The position numbers and the translations under genes are program-made. From assembly GCA_963812015.1 (NCBI GenBank), contig CAWETI010000002.1:1120001-1184000 (forward strand): a DNA stretch of 64,000 bases, written 5' to 3'. The notes beneath the pieces were generated by a model. The model did not search any database. It was not told the DNA's origin and was given only the letters and a program-made list of their open reading frames with translations. Source of the DNA: an uncultured delta proteobacterium (GTDB taxonomy: Bacteria; Desulfobacterota; Desulfobaccia; Desulfobaccales; 0-14-0-80-60-11). Below, one piece after another: positions 60,570-64,000 of this stretch (position 1 is its first letter; every line of letters begins with the position of its first letter).

Positions 60570-60848
60570 TTAGAAGTTTCCCCTTACCGCCTCCTGGAGG
60601 ATCAGTTTATCCAGTGTGAGATCCGATACCGCCCGCCTCAGCCGGGTATTCTCTTGCTCCAGGGCCTTGAGGCGCTTGGCCTGCTCTATCTTTAAACCAC
60701 CATACTCCCGGCGCCAGCGATAGAAGGTCTGTTCGGCAATACCCAGGGTTCGGCAAACCTGGCCCACCGTCTCCCCCTGGGCCAAGGCCACCTCTGCTTC
60801 CCGCAACTTCCCAATGATCTGCTCCGGCGTATAACGCTTCCTGCTCAT
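60570..60848 (-). CDS. IS3 OrfA (HTH)
   Basis: [37 protein letters not shown]; slippery GGGGAAAC at 60576-60583. Confidence 0.92.
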   Translation of the reverse strand: MSRKRYTPEQIIGKLREAEVALAQGETVGQVCRTLGIAEQTFYRWRREYGGLKIEQAKRLKALEQENTRLRRAVSDLTLDKLILQEAVRGNF

Positions 60849-61125
60849 CTCCCTGCCTCCCTTCGATCCACTACTCTAACTTAACATGTGGATCAGTTTT
60901 TGGGGGGCAGGTCATGCCATGACTATGAACTTATCACTTCGCCAAAAACTTCCCATATCCTGACCATGAACTAAACGCTTCGCGTGGGGTAGGCCTACCG
61001 ACTCCATGGTCATAATCAAGCATTAGACCGCAGTCCTTGCAAAAGCAAAATCTCACCTTTTTTTCTCGTAATCCAAAATACTTACGTGCAGTTTTCTCCT
61101 TAAACCCCAAACCAGGAGGAAAACT

Positions 61126-61885
61126 ATGGGAAAGCTACACGACCGGATGAAAGAGGATTTGCTCCTCAAGGCCTACAGTCCTCACACCCAGAGTGCATAC
61201 CGGCGCTGCGCCCGCCATTTCGCCAGCCACTGCATGAGATCCCCGCAGGAGATGGGGGAGCAGAAGATTCGCGGCTTCCTCCTCCACCTGGTCCGGGATC
61301 GTAAAGCCTCCCCGGCAACGCTGGACATGTGCGTCAACGCCCTCAAGTTCCTCTACAACATCACCCTCAAACGACCCGAGCTAGTAAAAGATCTCTCCCA
61401 TCCCAAACGCCCTAAAACCCTCCCGGTAATTCTCAGCCCGGCAGAAGTGCTCAGAATCTTTGCGGCAATCCGCTCGCTTAAGTACAAAGCCATCATCGCC
61501 GCCGCCTATGCGGCCGGGCTTAGGATCTCCGAAGTATGCGGACTGCGGATCGCCGATATTGACAGCCAGAGGATGCGTATTCATAGCCGCTCAGGGAAGG
61601 GTCAGAAAGATCGCTCTGTCATGTTGGGAGAGAGCCCCCTGGCCCTGTTGCGCCAGTACTACCAGGCAGCCCGGCCGCAAGGAGAGTATCTGTTCCCGGG
61701 ACCGGAACCCCAGCGTCATATCACCCCACCGCCGTGCGTCAGGTTTTGCGGAAGGTCATCCGGGAGACGGCTTTGTCGCAGAAGGTCACCATGCACACCT
61801 TGCGCCACTGCTTTGCCACCCTGGAGGCCGGCACCGACATCCGCATCCTGCAGGTTCTCCTGGGCCACAGCTCAATCCGCTGGCC
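61126..61885 (+). pseudogene. Tyrosine recombinase of the IS91-associated type, frameshifted and truncated
   Basis: YAAGLRISEV and GKGQKDR in one frame; HTLRHCFAT-LEAGTDIR..QVLLGH in another (shift near 61725). The catalytic Tyr region is missing. Confidence 0.85.
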
Positions 61886-61899
61886 CGGTTCAATCCAGA

Positions 61900-62295
61900 A
61901 TTCGTCTTCAATCTTCTGTTTGCGGCCGGCCTCCCAAGCCTTCCGGCAATTTGCCCAGGACTACGAGCGCCTGGGGGCTCAGGTCGGTTTTACCGCCGTA
62001 CTGCACACCTGGGATCAGGAGCTCAATTCCCATCACCATCTGCACCTCGTAGTAACGGGTGGAGGGCTCAGTGAAGATGGCGAGAGGTGGCTTGCCTCCG
62101 GCAACAGTTTCCTGCACCCCGTCAGGGCGCTCTCGAAGATTGTTCGGGCGAAATTTATGGAGGGCATCGAGAAGACTTTCCGTGAAGGCAGACTGCAGGG
62201 CAAGGTTCAAGATCTGGAAGGCCCGGTGCAGTTCCAGCGTTTCTCCAGGAAGCTCAAAGGCCCACAATGGGGCGGTGTTGACCTGGGGTCCTTAA
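61900..62295 (+). pseudogene. IS91-family (HUH/Y2) transposase internal fragment
   Basis: GFTAVLHTWDQELNSHHHLHLVVTGGGL and PVRALSKIVRAKF; the N-terminal Zn domain and the Y2 region are absent. Confidence 0.82.
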
Positions 62296-62574
62296 GGTCT
62301 GCCGGAGTAAGGTATTCGGGTTCTATGGGCCGGTATGCCCAAAATTCAGGAAAAATTTACTTTTTCAGGGAGATTTGTACTATCATTTTATTGCCAAAAG
62401 GAATCAGATTCAGAACAGAATCATTGGGGGATTTTCCCCTGGCAAAGAGGCCCAAAAGCTATTTTGAAAACTGCGGTGGCCAAGCTTGGCGCATAATTTC
62501 GTTTGAAAAATCATACTGGGATTGCCCAGTCATCCCGATTGAAGGACGCACAAGTCTTGTTAGGGTTACCCCTT

Positions 62575-64000
62575 ATGGATAGAAAGGAAATTCTCCGAGC
62601 TTTTTTTAAGGCAGCCGATTTTGGCCTGGAAATTGGTCCAAGTTATAATCCGGTAGCACCTAAATCCCAAGGCTACAATGTCGAGACCATAGATTATACG
62701 TCTGCTGCAAATCTCAGAGAAAAATATAAAGATGACACCGTAGACATATCACTGATTGAAGAAGTTGATTATGTGTCTGATGGGCAAACAATTTCAGATA
62801 TAATAAAGAACAAATATTACGATTATATATTAGCCTCGCATGTTATAGAACATATTCCGGATATAATTGGCTTTTTTAAAGATTGTGAATCTCTTTTGAA
62901 AGAAGATGCCGTGCTCATCCTTGCCATCCCTGATAAAAGATATTGTTTTGATATATTTAAACCGTTGAGCAGCACCGGCGATGTTTTACAAGCTTATTTC
63001 GAACAGCGAACTATGCATCCCCTTGGGAAATTTTTTGATGACGTGGCTTATAGCGCCTCTTGCAATGGAGGCATTACTTGGTCTGAAGACACTTTCGCTT
63101 CTCCAGAATTGATGTATAGTATCACGGAAGCGACCATAAAAGGGAAAAACCTAATAAATTCAAATAAATATGATGATATACATGGATGGCATTTCACCCC
63201 TGACAGCTTCCGTCTGATTATTAATGACTTATATCAAGCCGGCTATATCACATTAAAAGAGAAAGATTTTCATGATACATTAGGCTGTGAGTTCTTTATC
63301 ACATTGTCTCGATCCGGGACCGGTTGCCCGGTGGATCGAAAAGTATTGCTGGAGAACCTGTATCTTAATAAATCACAGTTATCAATAAAACGTATTACCG
63401 GTGACCTTTCAAATAAAAGAATTTCTGTGGTGATACCAGTTTATAATGGATTAAGATACATTGAAGAAGCAATAAAAAGTGCTGTAAATCAGACTCTGTC
63501 CGCTCATGAAGTAATAGTCGTTGATGATGGTTCAACCGACGATTCTGCTCTTCTCATAGAAGAACTATCTACGAAATACCCCATAAAATTTTTTAGAAAA
63601 GCAAATGGCGGGCAGTCATCAGCAAGAAATTATGGTGTACAGGTGTGCAGTGGGGATTTAATTGCGCTCCTGGATCAGGACGATGTCTGGTACCCGAATC
63701 ATCTTGAAGAATTATTAGTGCCTTATTTAGAAAGACATGACCATGAAATTGGCTGGGTCTATAGCAATACGGATAAAATAGGTCCTCGGGGTGAATTAAT
63801 TAGTAAAGATTTTTTAAAAGACTTGCCGGGTACTCACCCAAAGACATCAATTTCCCAATGTTTGACCGGTGATATGTTGGTGCTCCCATCAGCTACCCTG
63901 ATGTCCAAGAAAGCCTTCAATGAGGTAGGCGGATTTGATGAAAGATTGTGTGGATATGAAGATGACGATTTATTCTTGCGCATCTTTCATAAAGGATATG
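62575..64000 (+). CDS. Methyltransferase-GT2 glycosyltransferase fusion, runs off the window (not in the ORF track)
   Basis: Hand translation gives GLEIGPSYNP, ASHVIEH, AIPDKRYCFD, then ISVVIPVYNG, VVDDGSTD, LLDQDD, GGFDE, YEDDDL. AT-rich. Confidence 0.9.
   Translation, partial: MDRKEILRAFFKAADFGLEIGPSYNPVAPKSQGYNVETIDYTSAANLREKYKDDTVDISLIEEVDYVSDGQTISDIIKNKYYDYILASHVIEHIPDIIGFFKDCESLLKEDAVLILAIPDKRYCFDIFKPLSSTGDVLQAYFEQRTMHPLGKFFDDVAYSASCNGGITWSEDTFASPELMYSITEATIKGKNLINSNKYDDIHGWHFTPDSFRLIINDLYQAGYITLKEKDFHDTLGCEFFITLSRSGTGCPVDRKVLLENLYLNKSQLSIKRITGDLSNKRISVVIPVYNGLRYIEEAIKSAVNQTLSAHEVIVVDDGSTDDSALLIEELSTKYPIKFFRKANGGQSSARNYGVQVCSGDLIALLDQDDVWYPNHLEELLVPYLERHDHEIGWVYSNTDKIGPRGELISKDFLKDLPGTHPKTSISQCLTGDMLVLPSATLMSKKAFNEVGGFDERLCGYEDDDLFLRIFHKGY

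Larger units (their letters stand above)
59648..60914 (-). mobile_element. IS3-family element (1267 bp)
   Basis: Ends TGACCTGCCCCC / GGGGGCAGGTCA; orfA/orfB organisation; no target duplication. Confidence 0.93.

Overview
This 64-kb window is mostly high-GC DNA from what is probably a Desulfobacterota/deltaproteobacterial anaerobe; the taxonomy is inferred from gene content only. From left to right it holds: (1) the end of an island integrated at tRNA-Phe, whose integrase is interrupted by a complete IS1595-family element carrying a PIN-toxin cassette; (2) core and accessory genes, including a pseudo-receiver-PAS-Ser/Thr kinase, msrAB, engB, plsC and rnj; (3) a cusCBA-type efflux operon followed by Met-rich exported proteins; (4) an intact IS110 element whose bridge-RNA guides, CT core, REP-like target and circle-junction promoter can be read from the sequence; (5) a ~17-kb locus with three PEP-synthase/PPDK-like His-swivel proteins (one an apparent pseudo-enzyme), a Cache-PAS histidine kinase, a lone receiver, two anion-transporter families, three USP genes and a sigma54 promoter, which is the best candidate for an uncharacterised signalling system; (6) a low-GC glycosyltransferase-methyltransferase gene split by a single in-frame TAA; and (7) a decayed mobile region (IS3, GH94 fragment, IS91/recombinase remnant) ending in a methyltransferase-GT2 gene that runs off the window. 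Two candidate non-coding RNAs are also proposed. All family calls come from motif recognition by eye; no searches were run.
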